The notes below the pieces were generated by a model that was given only the letters and a program-made list of their open reading frames with translations, made no database searches and was not told the origin of the DNA. The translations under genes were made by a program, and so were the position numbers. Below are positions 40,656 to 55,065 of a stretch of DNA of 64,000 bases, one piece after another. Every line of letters begins with the position of its first letter. Positions within the stretch are counted from its first letter, which is position 1. Origin of the DNA: Octopus bimaculoides (lineage: Eukaryota). The stretch spans positions 54,460,807 to 54,524,806 of the forward strand of contig NC_068995.1 of NCBI RefSeq assembly GCF_001194135.2, written 5' to 3'.

Positions 40656-41654
40656 TACACATATACATTTATATATAAATATTTATATACATATAGATAT
40701 ATTCACATATACATCTATATATATATATATATACATTCACACGTACATATATACACACATATATACGCACATGCAGAAACATATATGTGTGTGTGTGTGT
40801 GTGTGTATATGCATACACGTATAAATTCATACATACATATATATGCAAATATGTACAGATGCTCATGCATGCTCATGTGCACGTGTGTGTACGTGTGTGG
40901 GAGACGATATGTGTGAATTTTGCGAGAATTGAATGATATCAAAAGAAGAAGGCAGACATGTATAGAGTTATTATTATGCGCATTAATCGATTTTAAATTA
41001 ATAGCCGGATAATTATTTCCGTTTATATATTCTTAATGAAGGTCTAATATGTATATACCTGTCAGATGGGTTACTAAAATCACTATTTCTAATGCAGCGA
41101 GCGTAATTATCAACACATTAATTGTGTTACTTTATGACATTTTCATTATGAGATAATCCAGATGTATAAGTCATTCAGACTTATTCACTGAGTTTGGTTT
41201 CAGTACAAATCATTAAATATATTTAGTATTACCACGTCTATCATAGCGATTTTGTCTTAGTTTCTTCAAATATTGATAATTTATTCCGGAATACTACAAC
41301 AATTATTCCATTGAAATTTAATTGATTTCCCTTTATATAATAATATAATCATTCATCATGTTTGTAATATTAAAGTAAAAGTTACAATAAATTTATCGCG
41401 ATAAGAATTCTGATAGATACAATCGTCTTCGCTAAACTTGCAAATTCTGTCTGCTCAGAGTGAGACAGTATTGAATTTTTTAACACATTGAAAAATCTTC
41501 TTCAAACATTTTTTTGCTAACACAAAGATAAAATGTAAAATAATAGAAAATTAAATTAGCCAGTTCAGAGTCAATATGCTAGTCTCATTACTTATACAGT
41601 TTTCAATTATTATTTTCTTTTCGGAAAAATCTCGAAGTGGATAATAATAATAAT

Positions 41655-41841
41655 GATTTCAAATTTTGGCATACAAACAGCAATTTCGGGGAACGGAGAA
41701 GTAGATGACAGCGACCCCTGTATTTATTTCATCGACTCCGGAAGAAGGAAAGGCAAAGTCGACCTCAGCGGATTTTGAATTCAGAAGGTAGCGACGGGCG
41801 AAATACTGCAAGGTTTAATGATTCTTTCAGTTCGCTGCCTT
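41655..41841 (-). mobile_element. SINE family B between (TAA)n tracts
   Basis: (taa)n-gatttcaaattttggc...gaaaggcaaagtcgacctcagcggattttgaattcagaagg...ttcgctgcctt-(taa)n. Confidence 0.85.
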
Positions 41842-41860
41842 CATAATAATAATAATAATA

Positions 41861-42072
41861 GTTTCAAATTTTGCCAGAAGGGCAGCGATTTTGGAGAAAG
41901 AGACGATTCGACTACATCAACCGCAGTGTTCAACTGGTACTTATTTTATCCTTGCCGAAATGATGAAAGGCAAAGTTGACCTCAGCGGAAATTGAACTCA
42001 GGAAGTAGTGACGGGCGAAATATCGCTAAGTATTTCGTCCAGCGTGCTAACGATTTTGCGAGCTCGCCACCT
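41861..42072 (-). mobile_element. SINE family B, full length, between (TAA)n tracts
   Basis: gtttcaaattttgcc...caactggtacttattttatc...gatgaaaggcaaagttgacctcagcggaaattgaactcagg...cagcgtgctaacgattttgcgagctcgccacctt. Confidence 0.9.
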
Positions 42073-42100
42073 TAATAATAGCAACAACAACAACAATAAT

Positions 42101-42156
<56 letters not shown>

Positions 42157-42207
42157 CCTTCGTCCTGTCTTTGTCCTTACACATTTTTGATAAAACGAAT
42201 TAAATTA

Positions 42208-42281
<74 letters not shown>

Positions 42282-42290
42282 CAATATTAT
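42073..42290. repeat. Opposed (AAT)n and (ATT)n microsatellites separated by about 50 bp
   Basis: (aat)n-rich 42073-42155 and (att)n 42208-42290 are mutually complementary. Confidence 0.9.
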
Positions 42291-42310
42291 TATCAACGCC
42301 ATTATCATTA

Positions 42311-42450
42311 AAACAGTCAGCTGGCAGAATATTTAGCATGCCGTGCAAAATACTCAGCAGCGTTCCACTCGTTTTGTGTCGGGTGTTCATATTCCCACGA
42401 AGTCGATTTTGCGTTTCATTATTCCGACGTCTGTAAAGCTACTACCAATT
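42311..42450 (+). mobile_element. SINE family B, degenerate 5' part
   Basis: cagctggcagaatatttagcatgccgtgcaaaatactcagcagcgtt...gttcatattcccacgaagtcgattttgcgtttcat, preceded by (att)n. Confidence 0.7.
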
Positions 42451-44165
42451 AAAAACTGGATTCAATGCAATGGATTTCCACCTCCTTTCAAACACTGCTA
42501 ACACTGAACTAAAATTTGAAAACATTATTATTTTCGACTTTGAGCAAAGTAAAATTTAATAAAATTGTTCTTAAATTTAGAAAATCACATCATTCTTAGA
42601 TTAATTTTAATATACGTTATATTTTATCATTCTCAATCGATTATTTTTTGTTTATTTATAAGAATCTGTGCCATAATTTCAGGCGATGGTACACAGTCGA
42701 ACATCCGGACTATAGTTTGACTTTTCACATTTTGTCACGTACGCTTTGTAGTGTCCGTGATCGAGACATTTAGCTTCCGCTGGTGAGTGAACCAATTTAG
42801 CTATTATGTACCACACTATGCAGTTGCAATTAGTAGTGGTGTAAACATTTGACGCTCTGTATAATTAAAAACTATTTTGTTATCGTGCAGAAGTTTATGT
42901 AAAGAACTCTGCTTGAGCCTGATCTCGATAATGTCAAGCCATTGCTGTTTATTCTCAACAAAAATTCCAAAATCAGCAGGAATTCAATTTCCTTCAAGAA
43001 AACAAATGCCATAATTGAAAGAAATGAGAACGTCAACAACAATACAACTGCCACCACTGTCAGCAACAGTAACTTTATCTATATATTTTCTAGCGTCGGA
43101 GAATATTTTGTGTTTATAACTAATTCTGCTTTTGCTATTAAATATTACTCTCCTAATTATAGTCTATTACTATCGTAATAATTGTTAATTTTGTTTTGAT
43201 CTGTGTATTTTTATCGATGTGTTTGATCTTGTTTTGCGCTTTATTTTTCTCTCAATCTTCTGTCGTCTTCTAATCATACAGTGTGGTTCCTGATGCCACG
43301 GATCACAGTCTTCCTCTTGTTAATATCACAGAACAGGAAGTTTGTCCGAATAACAATGACGTTGAATCAATTTATTTCTATTTTTTCATTTCATACAACT
43401 GGATGTCACAGGCCACTTGACACCTTCGCTTACCTAAAGGTACGAATGGAGATTAATTCAATGACATTCCTGTTTTAAAATCTAATGAAATTGTCATGTC
43501 CCCATAGTAACAGCTTCTGGAAAACGTAATCCGTAATTCCTTTGTTGAGATTTTCTGTTCTATCGATCCACTTCTAAATATTTCAAATGTCAACGTTACT
43601 CCATGAGAAATTCCCTTAGTGTCACAGAAGTTAAATTGTATCCTTTCAAATGCAGCAAATGAACCCTTTTTATAGAATGTGACACGTGCAAAGCTGATGT
43701 TTCTTTTTTCATTTGCCTTTCATGTGTCGTCAATTGCATTGTGAGATTTCATAGTTTAACCTCTATGATTATTAAATGTAATTGTTTCCTTCTTCAATAC
43801 TCGTACAACCACTACTACTTATACTGACACATGTTAGCGACAGCCGCTGCGGTTCGCGAATGATACACATACTATTGAATTACATGAAACTAATGAATGA
43901 GTATCATAGTAGCAAGTGATATAAGGAGTGAATGTGCATTGCTGACTGCGAGTACGTAGATTCAATACAGTTAGGTGGTATCAGACTAAACGTTAGTAGT
44001 AATTTGTTCCTTTCTGCTAATGGAAGCATTTGGTATTATATGGAAGCAACAAACGAACGAATCTTAAACTGTTTTCACTAAATACAACTTCCTAGATACG
44101 ATTAATTCGTATTATTTCGAAAAGACATGACACTTTTTATAGATGAGTATACAGCGAGGGAATGA

Positions 44166-44296
44166 AGTTTCTGTCTACCAAATCCACTCCAAAGCTCTTG
44201 GTCGGCCCGAGGTTATAGTAGAAAACAATTGCCCGGAACTGAACCTCGAACCATGTGGTTGAGTAGCAAGCTTCTCATCACACAGCCACGCCTCGC
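44166..44296 (-). mobile_element. SINE family A, 5' half with an internal deletion
   Basis: agtttctgtctaccaaatccactccaaagctcttggtcggcccgaggttatagtagaa...aaccatgtggttgagtagcaagcttctcatcacacagccacgcctcgc, then (TA)n and a gap. Confidence 0.85.
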
Positions 44297-45495
44297 TTAT
44301 ATATATANNNNNNNNNNNNNNNNNNNNNNNNNNNNNNNNNNNNNNNNNNNNNNNNNNNNNNNNNNNNNNNNNNNNNNNNNNNNNNNNNNNNNNNNNNNNN
44401 NNNNNNNNNNNNNNNNNNNNNNNNNNNNNNNNNNNNNNNNNNNNNNNNNNNNNNNNNNNNNNNNNNNNNNNNNNNNNNNNNNNNNNNNNNNNNNNNNNNN
44501 NNNNNNNNNNNNNNNNNNNNNNNNNNNNNNNNNNNNNNNNNNNNNNNNNNNNNNNNNNNNNNNNNNNNNNNNNNNNNNNNNNNNNNNNNNNNNNNNNNNN
44601 NNNNNNNNTATATATATATATATGCACAGTCACATAAAATTGATGATACGTCAGAAAAGGATTTCCTTTTCCTTTTCCCAGTAAATACATATGAAATGGA
44701 ATATTAGCAACAATATCATCAGTAATGCACAGATTGGGCCTCTGTTAGCAATATCAAACACTTCTAGAGTCAGCGTCGACATCAAAATCACAACGACTGT
44801 AGTATTTTAAATAACATTTTAGCACATCAAATATGCTAGACATACAAGTAAGGGGTAGTCAGATTTTGAATGAATTTAAAAGTAGGGATGTTTAATCGGG
44901 CTTTACTAAGCCCCGAATAACAACAAATACAAGGAAGACACTGTTGTTGTACAGGCATACCAAGTGTGATAATAATAATTAGCTGACTAAGAAGAATGTC
45001 TACATACAACCGTATTTTAATTAATTCTATTGTCTTAGTTTTGCTGATTTCCTTTCCATTCATTTCGTAATTACTATATTGACTCATCTCATGTCTGCTA
45101 ATATATCAGGAATTGTCAGTTGTAAAGGCATTTTGGTTATCTCGATTTAGACAGTAAATCTATAAATTGATTAAACAATTTGTTATCTATGAAGTCGTTG
45201 ACAGAATAATTACTATTTGTACACTCATAAATATAACTACATGGATAGTAGCATAGTTATAGAAATAAATGCATGATCATATAAAGCGACTATCGATTCA
45301 TAAATACATACGCAGATACACACACATGCACACACGCACACACACATAAACAAATACACGCCTATTATGCATATGTAAATCAATAGACATGCAAACACAT
45401 GTATGCATTACACACTACACACACACGCACATATATACGCGCGTGTGTGTATATATTGTTAGATCGGTGGATGTGCATAAATACACACACACATT

Positions 45496-45530
<35 letters not shown>

Positions 45531-46436
45531 AGTTACTAGAATTCTCTCGCCTACATCTCCCTCTCCACGCCGGACGGACGCAAGCCTGACGCCCGATTAT
45601 TCATTTTTGGAAACTAAGTTGCTTGAAACGAGAAAAGGTGAAATGAAGAATTTTTGCTGAAGATGCAACTCATTGCCTGGTCCAAGAACAGAAACTACTN
45701 NNNNNNNNNNNNNNNNNNNNNNNNNNNNNNNNNNNNNNNNNNNNNNNNNNNNNNNNNNNNNNNNNNNNNNNNNNNNNNNNNNNNNNNNNNNNNNNNNNNN
45801 NNNNNNNNNNNNNNNNNNNNNNNNNNNNNNNNNNNNNNNNNNNNNNNNNNNNNNNNNNNNNNNNNNNNNNNNNNNNNNNNNNNNNNNNNNNNNNNNNNNN
45901 NNNNNNNNNNNNNNNNNNNNNNNNNNNNNNNNNNNNNNNNNNNNNNNNNNNNNNNNNNNNNNNNNNNNNNNNNNNNNNNNNNNNNNNNNNNNNTATATAT
46001 GAGAGGTATTGGAATCTAGAAGACTCAAAGAGTGTGCATGTCATTATACCTTCTTTCTTCCTCTCATTTTCTCTTCCTGTTTAAAATTTAACCTTATCCC
46101 CTTTTTAATCATACACATCTCTCATTCCCCCATCTATCTACAGATACTACCAGTACATTTTCAAATTCTTATTCGCACCACAAAACCCTTTCGGAGGAGT
46201 AACACTGATTCCACGGCTCCATACTTCGAAACGACTACACATAAACTGCTATTGGAACATTCATACCATGTACAGGGAACTTTTTACAATTCTATACACC
46301 ATTTTCCTCGAAAAATGGAACAGCAACTACAATATCTTTATACATCTTATTTTTTACTTCCATTCTCTTAATTCCCTCTATATTCCCTATCTCCTCCTTT
46401 TCCATTATAATTCGAACTCAAATATTTTCTCACACC

Positions 46437-46483
46437 GTCTCTGAAGACGGGATATCCATAATATCTCAGAAACAGCTAATACT
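46437..46483 (+). ncRNA. Degenerate hammerhead-ribozyme-like motif, possibly the 3' end of a Penelope-like element
   Basis: gtct-CTGAAGA-c-gggatat-ccata-atatctc-a-GAAAC-agct: core boxes plus a 7-bp stem II and a palindromic AGCT. The 10.1-11.1 pair, cleavage triplet and stem I partner are broken. Confidence 0.35.
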
Positions 46484-49080
46484 ATTTCATTATAAATGTC
46501 CTGTGTGTGCGTGTGTATACACTGAGTAGCTACACAGACACATATGTGCACACTTGTATTTATGGATATCTATATTAATATTTTATTATAAATTTTACAT
46601 GTTTCTTAATTTCTTGCTCTTATTAACACAATAATATTAATAGGTAATAGTAATTCTGTAAAACAATACTGATTTTCATTGCATTCACATTCAGTCTAAT
46701 TAAAGTTAACAACATGAAGATATAAATAGGATATTCCTTTATTCGAGGTTTAATGATATCTTATATAGGACATTAGCCTCAATAACAATATAATGGTTGA
46801 CGGATTTAGATTATGGTCTAACGTACTTTAATAATTGAAATTTCGAACATTAAGCGTTAGTAACTGTATATTGATTGAGGAACAATCCTTAATCTTATTG
46901 CCGACAATTGTTTCCTGATAGTATTTACAGACATAATGCGACAGTTGTTCTAAGATATGTTAAATGACACAGAAATAATTTCAGTAGTATTAAAAAACCC
47001 CACCTATCCACATATAACTTTTAGTTTATTTCCTAAGCGATGCAGTTGTAGACAGAAGCAAATGGAGGAGTATTGATTGACTGAAACATCAAAACTTTTG
47101 TAAACTAAACTAAAATAAAAGGCATTCTCGTTGCTTGGAAATTTTACGAGATGTGTATATACATGTGGATTTCTCGAAATATTGTCTTCAAAAGTAAATG
47201 CTGAATTACTTTTGATATTAATATGATACACGATGATTGATTTACTCCTGTTTATTACATTCGTTTAAAATGATATATATTAATTGAAATTTAGACAAGA
47301 TTAATGCTGCGTATTTGAATAGTTTCAAACAGTACACCTATTAATTCTAATGCGTGCAATGATATTTTAAGTACTTATTATTCTTTCATTTTCTTTTAGA
47401 ATAAACCAGACTTGTAAAGTTTAGAAAACTCAAGAGAGAATATAGATATCAGTGCGTCAGCTTATTGCAAAGAACTAAACAATCGGAGATACACACCTCT
47501 TTCCAAGTATCAGTCTCCATGGTGGATGCATAATATATATATGCTAGAAAATTAATTTTGGCAATAGTGACCTTATAGCATTGACATATAGATGTTTTTT
47601 GTTCCGTTAGCATAGTGGTCAATTACTTCATTTACTATTTTTAGTCGAATTTACTTCATAGATACATAAAGCACATGAACCTACATAACACCAGATAAAA
47701 TATCTATTTTAGATAACGCTTGAGGTCTAATTATTATTTACATTGCTTAGTTTAACTTCTTAGTAGCCATTCTGTAGAGTCACCCAATTTCCATACTTCT
47801 TGCTATTGAACATTATAATTTTACATACTTTTTATTAGTTTTCACACATACACACACACATTCTCTTTCTCTCTCTCTCTCTCACTCTCTCTCTCTCTCT
47901 CTCTCTCACTCTCTNNNNNNNNNNNNNNNNNNNNNNNNNNNNNNNNNNNNNNNNNNNNNNNNNNNNNNNNNNNNNNNNNNNNNNNNNNNNNNNNNNNNNN
48001 NNNNNNNNNNNNNNATATATAGTCTCTCGCTCCCCATCCCTCGCTTTCTCTCTCTCTATTTATCTATATAATATATATGTATAATAGGCTGCATGCCTAG
48101 TTAGTGTTTTGAAAATTGGTTGGTATATTGCTATATCTTGTGTCTTTAAGATTTTTGTTTAGTTAAGACTTTAGGTAGATATATACCAAACAAAACACAT
48201 AAGGGATTCTGGAAGATTCTCAAGTATGATCTCACTCAAGATTTATTTATTCAACTGATTCTTCTAGTATTGGCATATTTCATTGCTTTCAATTACTCAG
48301 TTACATTCACTACTTGATTAATTGAACATAAATATGCTTAGTCAATTTCAGATGAATAAATCGCGTTATAATTATTTTACGATTTCCAATCATGAAGCTG
48401 CTGTTATCTTTCCCCACCGCGTTCAAGGTTTTGTTAAATCGATAATACCGATTACAAGTTCTATTAAGTGATCGCATCGCCCCGCCTCAGATATATAGGT
48501 CTATATTTGTTTTTCTTACGTAGCGGCTTGACACACAAACGAAAAGTTGCATTCTTGTATAAGAAATGACAGATGCTAGTTAGGTATATAATATTCCTCA
48601 CAAACGCTTCTACCACTATACGACCCAGAAAAAGGCATTGTGAAAAACATACTTAAAATATGATAAGCTGAACGACAGGGAAAACCAGTTAGTCTCTTGT
48701 GAATTGTCTTGTAGAGTCAAACATCTGTCGACAACTTATTCAGGAAAATGGTTTTGCTAAATGTTTTATGTATGTACGAATGTATATATATATATATATA
48801 TATATATANNNNNNNNNNNNNNNNNNNNNNNNNNNNNNNNNNNNNNNNNNNNNNNNNNNNNNNNNNNNNNNNNNNNNNNNNNNNNNNNNNNNNNNNNNNN
48901 NNNNNNNNNNNNNNNNNNNNNNNNNNNNNNNNNNNNNNNNNNNNNNNNNNNNNNNNNNNNNNNNNNNNNNNNNNNNNNNNNNNNNNNNNNNNNNNNNNNN
49001 NNNNNNNNNNNNNNNNNNNNNNNNNNNNNNNNNNNNNNNNNNNNNNNNNNNNNNNNNNNNNNNNNNNNNNNNNNNNNNNN

Positions 49081-49133
<53 letters not shown>

Positions 49134-52100
49134 CACTGAGTAATTGGATAGGTGTGTACTAAGTATTTGCTGCTCTTCGTTTTGCTTCTTTTCACTATAG
49201 TCGTTTGCATATATCTGTGTATGTAATATGACATGACTTGCAATCGAAACTTCAATTGACCAAGTATCCCTATGACCTATCGCATACCACACATGGCCTT
49301 CACGGCTGTAGCTTATGCATAATTTATTATTTCTTAAAATTATATATACATGTGTATACATCGTCACACACAACGTTCGAAACAGATTTCCACTTGAAAT
49401 TTAAGAATTAGTATTTTTTACAAATTTGCTCAAGCTTGTAACCGAAACAATTCTCCAATAAATTTTGCAGCTCACACGGTCAGCAATGGTCCAGTTGAAG
49501 ATTCTATGAACTAGTTTGAACTAATTTTCTAACATCCTGTGTGGAAGTAACAGCTAATAAAATATACTTACATTTATAGAATTGCATTTATTGTAATCGC
49601 GTATACACTATTAACTGCTTACTGGTACGAACGTATTATTTACTGTTACAATTGAAACTCTATCGTAGCGGGAGGTGAAGAAAATATGTTGAACTCTTTT
49701 AAAATATATTGTTAATGGTATTCTAGAACTCTTTCTATAATACTAAACTGATTAGTAGACCTTTCAACTATTCGAAATCTAACACATTCTACGCGTTCTA
49801 TTATTCCTTTGATCTTCTACTCAGAGATTTATATTTGTACGTTCGTTGTAAAGGCAGGAAATTATTTCAAATTTAACCGATATACCATTATATATGTTAG
49901 AGTCTAGACAACGTTAAAAGTTAATTTAGTTTCAACGCAATATATAGATATTATTGTACATATTGAATTCGTTAGCATTAACACCACACGTGATACTGAA
50001 ATATGATAAATTTATTAAAGTAGTTTATCGGCTTAAACTATACGAGTCGTTTCAGCAGTTTTAAATTATTATTCTTGATTCGTAACACCGGTTTTGTATG
50101 AGAACAAAAACACCAGAAATACTTCTACCACGACGATTACGGTAAGCTATTGAAATCCTTTTGCAATAAAGAGAATATCCTATCTGGATAATGCAGTGTA
50201 TTTGGTATGTAGTTGGACATTAGTATACTGACAGTTTCTGGCAATATATGTAATACTAACAGATAGACAGCAATTTTCTTCATTGAATTCAAATACATAT
50301 AATTGATATATTTTACTCTGTTCTATTTTATAACATCGTCTCTTTCTATATGAAACAACGATGACAATATTATTTCAGCCTGTTTATAAGTACGCTGTTC
50401 TAATTTTCAATATTCCAAATACTCGAACCCATTACTATATGTCCACTTCGTTAAACCATTGTCAGTGATTCTCTTACTGTGTCCATTACAAAAAGAGAAA
50501 ATCTTCAATCGAGTATGTCGGAATGATCTCCCAACAAAACTAATTGCTTAAAACTTATGAAAATCTGACTTCCTCATTGTAAACGAGAGATAGTTTTCAA
50601 CTTTGTTTCTTATATTTTTATTTTTTTGCGTCGTTCTGTAAAATCGAAAGACACAACAATTAAGACGAGTGCCAAATACCAAGCTCCTCTGAAACACGAT
50701 ACCATTTTCATTAGGAGATGAAAGTAAAATACCCTCGAAATGAAGAATGAACATGCTTAATTGAAACATCGATGTTAAAAATAACAACTTCATCAGACAA
50801 GATATCACACTGTAAAATTAGACGCATATAATCAAAAGTGTATTGTATTTGCGTTGGGTAATTAAATTAATGAAGATAGTACATTCAATACACAATCTAT
50901 TCATATCTAATTCTTCAAATGCATGGATAATTTGACACGAAGATACTTATTTACGTCAAACAGAAGTGTTTATCATTCAATACTCGAAAATGATTTTGCT
51001 ATAAGGAGATATATCGTTTGTTTACTTGCGAGCCATCGAAACATTTTAGGCTGCAATAATTGCTAACTTCTTGATATTCCAAATAATTAACCTCATGATT
51101 TCTGCAAGCTAACTTGTTCCATTACGGTCGTGTTCATTGCTAATCTATCAGCATACATGACGCTGAAAAACCTCATACAACTTCACCAAGATCATGAAAC
51201 GAATTTCACTTGTTTATTATTATTATTTTTTTGTGAATAATGTTCGTTACAACCCCCCACCACCACGTGCAGGAAACCCCCGGAGATTGCTCTCAATAAG
51301 GATATACGCCTACGAGTTATTGCCTTTCCTTGCTTCACCTTCAAGCACAAATCATGATGTTCAAGACTGAACTTTATGATAACGTAAGATGTAATAGACA
51401 TGCCTTGAGCACCACCCAATAATGCGATCTTGCTAAGAAAAAATACGTGGGTAGAATTTTCTTAGTAGTTTAGTATTTCCATCGACAAGTTTCTCCCAGT
51501 TTTTTCTCCATTACCTATTTAGAATCTCAAGTATTAGGTGTTGGTGTAATTCGCAGCGATAAAACGCAAACTAAAAATTGTTGTTTCCTGTATAACTAGT
51601 TATGAATTTTAATATATTCAGTTAAAAATGATAGCAACATTAAATAAGCGAAAGTGAATTATTCATTCTCCTCTGTTAAAATTATAGAGCAACCTTTGTC
51701 ATTTTACAACATTTTAGTGAACAAATAACATATATTGATTTTACTATTCCATAGCCATTGGCATTAGACTAAGTTTTATCGATTTTCAGTGATTTTATCG
51801 AATTCAAGAACAATGTCTAATGACACGATTTCTCAAATTTAAGAATAATATTGGGCTGACAATTCTATACTAGGTGGCATGCATTCTTAACAGTTGTCTT
51901 GCCTATAGGCAGCTGTAGTTTACATAGCTACTTTCAAGAAAATTTTGCCTTAGCTAGAAACTTCTTTTCTATAAGGAGATTACGTGTACACTGGCATTCT
52001 TTGGGGATTATATTAATCTTTTCGATTTAGAAAAGATTATTCTTTTGTTCTATTGACAACTGCATGCGTTGCGCTTTGAAGATCATCGTTGTGTAAAACG

Positions 52101-53264
52101 TAAGACAAAGACTGCCAAAAGTTACAATACAGATTCTAAAAAGGATGTTTTCAAAACGCTTGTTCTTACGATTCATTATTATTTTAATATTGTTTAAATT
52201 ATCGCTAAAAATAAATTTCATTCTTCTGACTTTTATTGTTTCCAGTTTGTTTTCCAGTTGCACATGATATTGTAAGTCTGCCGAACAATATATTTTCATT
52301 GCCTACTAAGCATAAAATTAAAAAAATGAATTTTATAATATGAAGAACAAAATAAATTTATAGCAGTTCTTATAAATGTGATTGTATTTTACTTTCAAAT
52401 CAAATAGTATTCGTGGGACATAAATTTCCTTAATTATCTGTGTATTCTATAACTTTTGTCTCCCATGATTTTATAAGTTATTTACTTTAGTTTCTATGGA
52501 GAAAATATCTATTTATGCGATTTCAAAATGATTTGTGCTAGGTTGTGTCAATACCACGTACCCCATCCACTACAGCACAAGCACTCTGACCAAAGACGCA
52601 ATCACACAAGCAACCACAGAATGAGAAACTTTAACACTAAAATATAAATACACAATAACATTGAAAAAATGAGCACATAATCTCGCAATGAACATCATCA
52701 TTGTAAACAAATAATGTACTGAGTATAAAAAAATATACGAAACAAATGTTTAAAAAATACAAAAAGAAAGGTGTTTTAACAACAAAAAAATATCATTTAT
52801 ACCAATAAAAAAGGTTCTCAAAATTCACGAAGAACTCTAAGAGAATCTTAAACGTAAGTAGAATATTTTAGCTTTGCTTAGAAGATAGCAGTAGATAAAT
52901 ATATATCACATGTAAATACTCACTATATATATATANNNNNNNNNNNNNNNNNNNNNNNNNNNNNNNNNNNNNNNNNNNNNNNNNNNNNNNNNNNNNNNNN
53001 NNNNNNNNNNNNNNNNNNNNNNNNNNNNNNNNNNNNNNNNNNNNNNNNNNNNNNNNNNNNNNNNNNNNNNNNNNNNNNNNNNNNNNNNNNNNNNNNNNNN
53101 NNNNNNNNNNNNNNNNNNNNNNNNNNNNNNNNNNNNNNNNNNNNNNNNNNNNNNNNNNNNNNNNNNNNNNNNNNNNNNNNNNNNNNNNNNNNNNNNNNNN
53201 NNNNNNNNNNNNNNNNNNNNNNNNNNNNNNNNNNNNNNNNNNNNNNNNNNNNNNNNNNNNNNNN

Positions 53265-53297
<33 letters not shown>

Positions 53298-54519
53298 GTA
53301 AGCGTATATAGATGCATGCATATGAACGTGCGAGTATTCACATGTACGTATGCGCGTGCTCATGGTAAGTGTGAGTATGTAGTTTTTGTCATTTGGGATA
53401 TCACACGTAAATGGGAATGGCTTCATAGCCCAGAGAAATTGCTTCAATATTTATTATATTTGGTCGATTGTTTTTCTCGAATGCAGTGAAGAAAATCATA
53501 AAATACACACACACACACACACATACACACACACATACACACACACACACACACACGCACACCCACACTAACACACACACGTATACATATAGCGAGAGAG
53601 AGGGAGAAATATATAGAAACATATGTATGTGCATATACAATATATTCACACGCATGTACATACATTCATATGTATATGTATGCCGGTTTTAATGCATATG
53701 CATGGTCTGTATCCGCCTCTATGTTGATAGCCAGTACCATATCATCCATATTTATGTAGGAAATACCTCATAAGGATTTCATGGCACGGATATCAACTTT
53801 TATGGTGAAAATGCCGTGCATATCATTTCTTCAATCATTGTTCTATCCAATAGATTTATTATATATGAAAACGTAGATATGGAATCATATGAGCTTTAAT
53901 AACAAATCATTATATTGTGGCGATATCTCAATTTTATTACAGCAGAACAGGGAAAATATGGAGGATTTTGCTATAGATATTCTTCTGTTAATACAAAATA
54001 CCTGTTAACGCTGCATCACTAGTGGAGTGTCGGTCGTATCCATATTATACGGTTAGATATCAGAGAAACATGTGCATTCTATAACTATTTTCAATAGCAA
54101 ATATATCACATCTGCTTCTAAATAATTTACAAGAGAATATGGATATTTTATTTAGCATGCTTGCCTATAAGACCGGACTTTTGCCAATAACATTCCTTCA
54201 TGCTTACAAATTTGTACCGTATATGTATGTAATATGGAGGGAATATCTAACTATTTTAAACACATTTTCAAATCCATAATCACACATATTTGTGAATATG
54301 TATCTGTCTAAATATGTGTGATACACATGCATGCACATACACACACACACATACATGCACACACACAGACACATACACACACACACACATACACACACAC
54401 ACACATGTTGATATGGGAACATATAGAGAAAAACACGAGAGATAATCAACGTTGAAACAATACATATATTAAAGTTATGTAAACAGATGGGAAAGGTTTA
54501 ACGTGTGTCAGGTGTTCTA

Positions 54520-54657
54520 TGTATAAACTCGACAAGTGGTGCCGACGTTATGCCTCCATTCAAGTTCACACAATGTCTCAGGTTGAACAATGAGGCCTAT
54601 ATGAAGTGCCTGGAAGATGTAGTGCTGCCATGGATCATGAGGTGGCTTGCTGGAAGG
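54520..54657 (+). mobile_element. Tc1/mariner (maT/DD37D-like) transposase remnant, catalytic domain region
   Basis: 54535-54657 reads SGADVMPPFKFTQCLRLNNEAYMKCLEDVVLPWIMRWLAGR, matching the DGxVMPPxxF..GLRLNxxxYxxxLxxVVLPW..AGRPYVWQQD segment just upstream of the second catalytic Asp. Confidence 0.8.
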
Positions 54658-55065
54658 ACTGAATGGTGAATAGGAAATGGAATCGCTCTTCTCACTCTCT
54701 CTCTCCTTCTATTTATCTATTTATCTATCTATCTGTTTGTCTGTCTGTCTGTCTATCAGCCTATCTACCTACCTATATTTCTAGCTATCCATCTACATTG
54801 TCATGGAATCTCAGCCCAAAAACAAGACCCCCCCCCCGAAAAAAAAAACACCTGTTGTATATAGAAGAACAATCTGTACATTCACAAAATTTAACTTGGT
54901 GAGTTCGAGAAACGAACGAGCGTGATAATAATAGTGCATAAATATAAAGTTCTTTTTTCCAAAATTTTGTGTATATATATATGTATATATATGTTGTTGT
55001 ACTTGGGGATGGTCATATTGCCAGTTTAGCCAATAAAAACACACGCACTGTATATTTGGTGTTAA

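Noticed and set aside
43282-43439. Splice-bounded plus-strand segment, overlapping a minus-strand tttAG|GTAAGC recursive-splice-like site at 43428-43440
   Set aside because: The open frame has no recognisable homology; such motifs are expected by chance in 64 kb of AT-rich DNA without transcript data.
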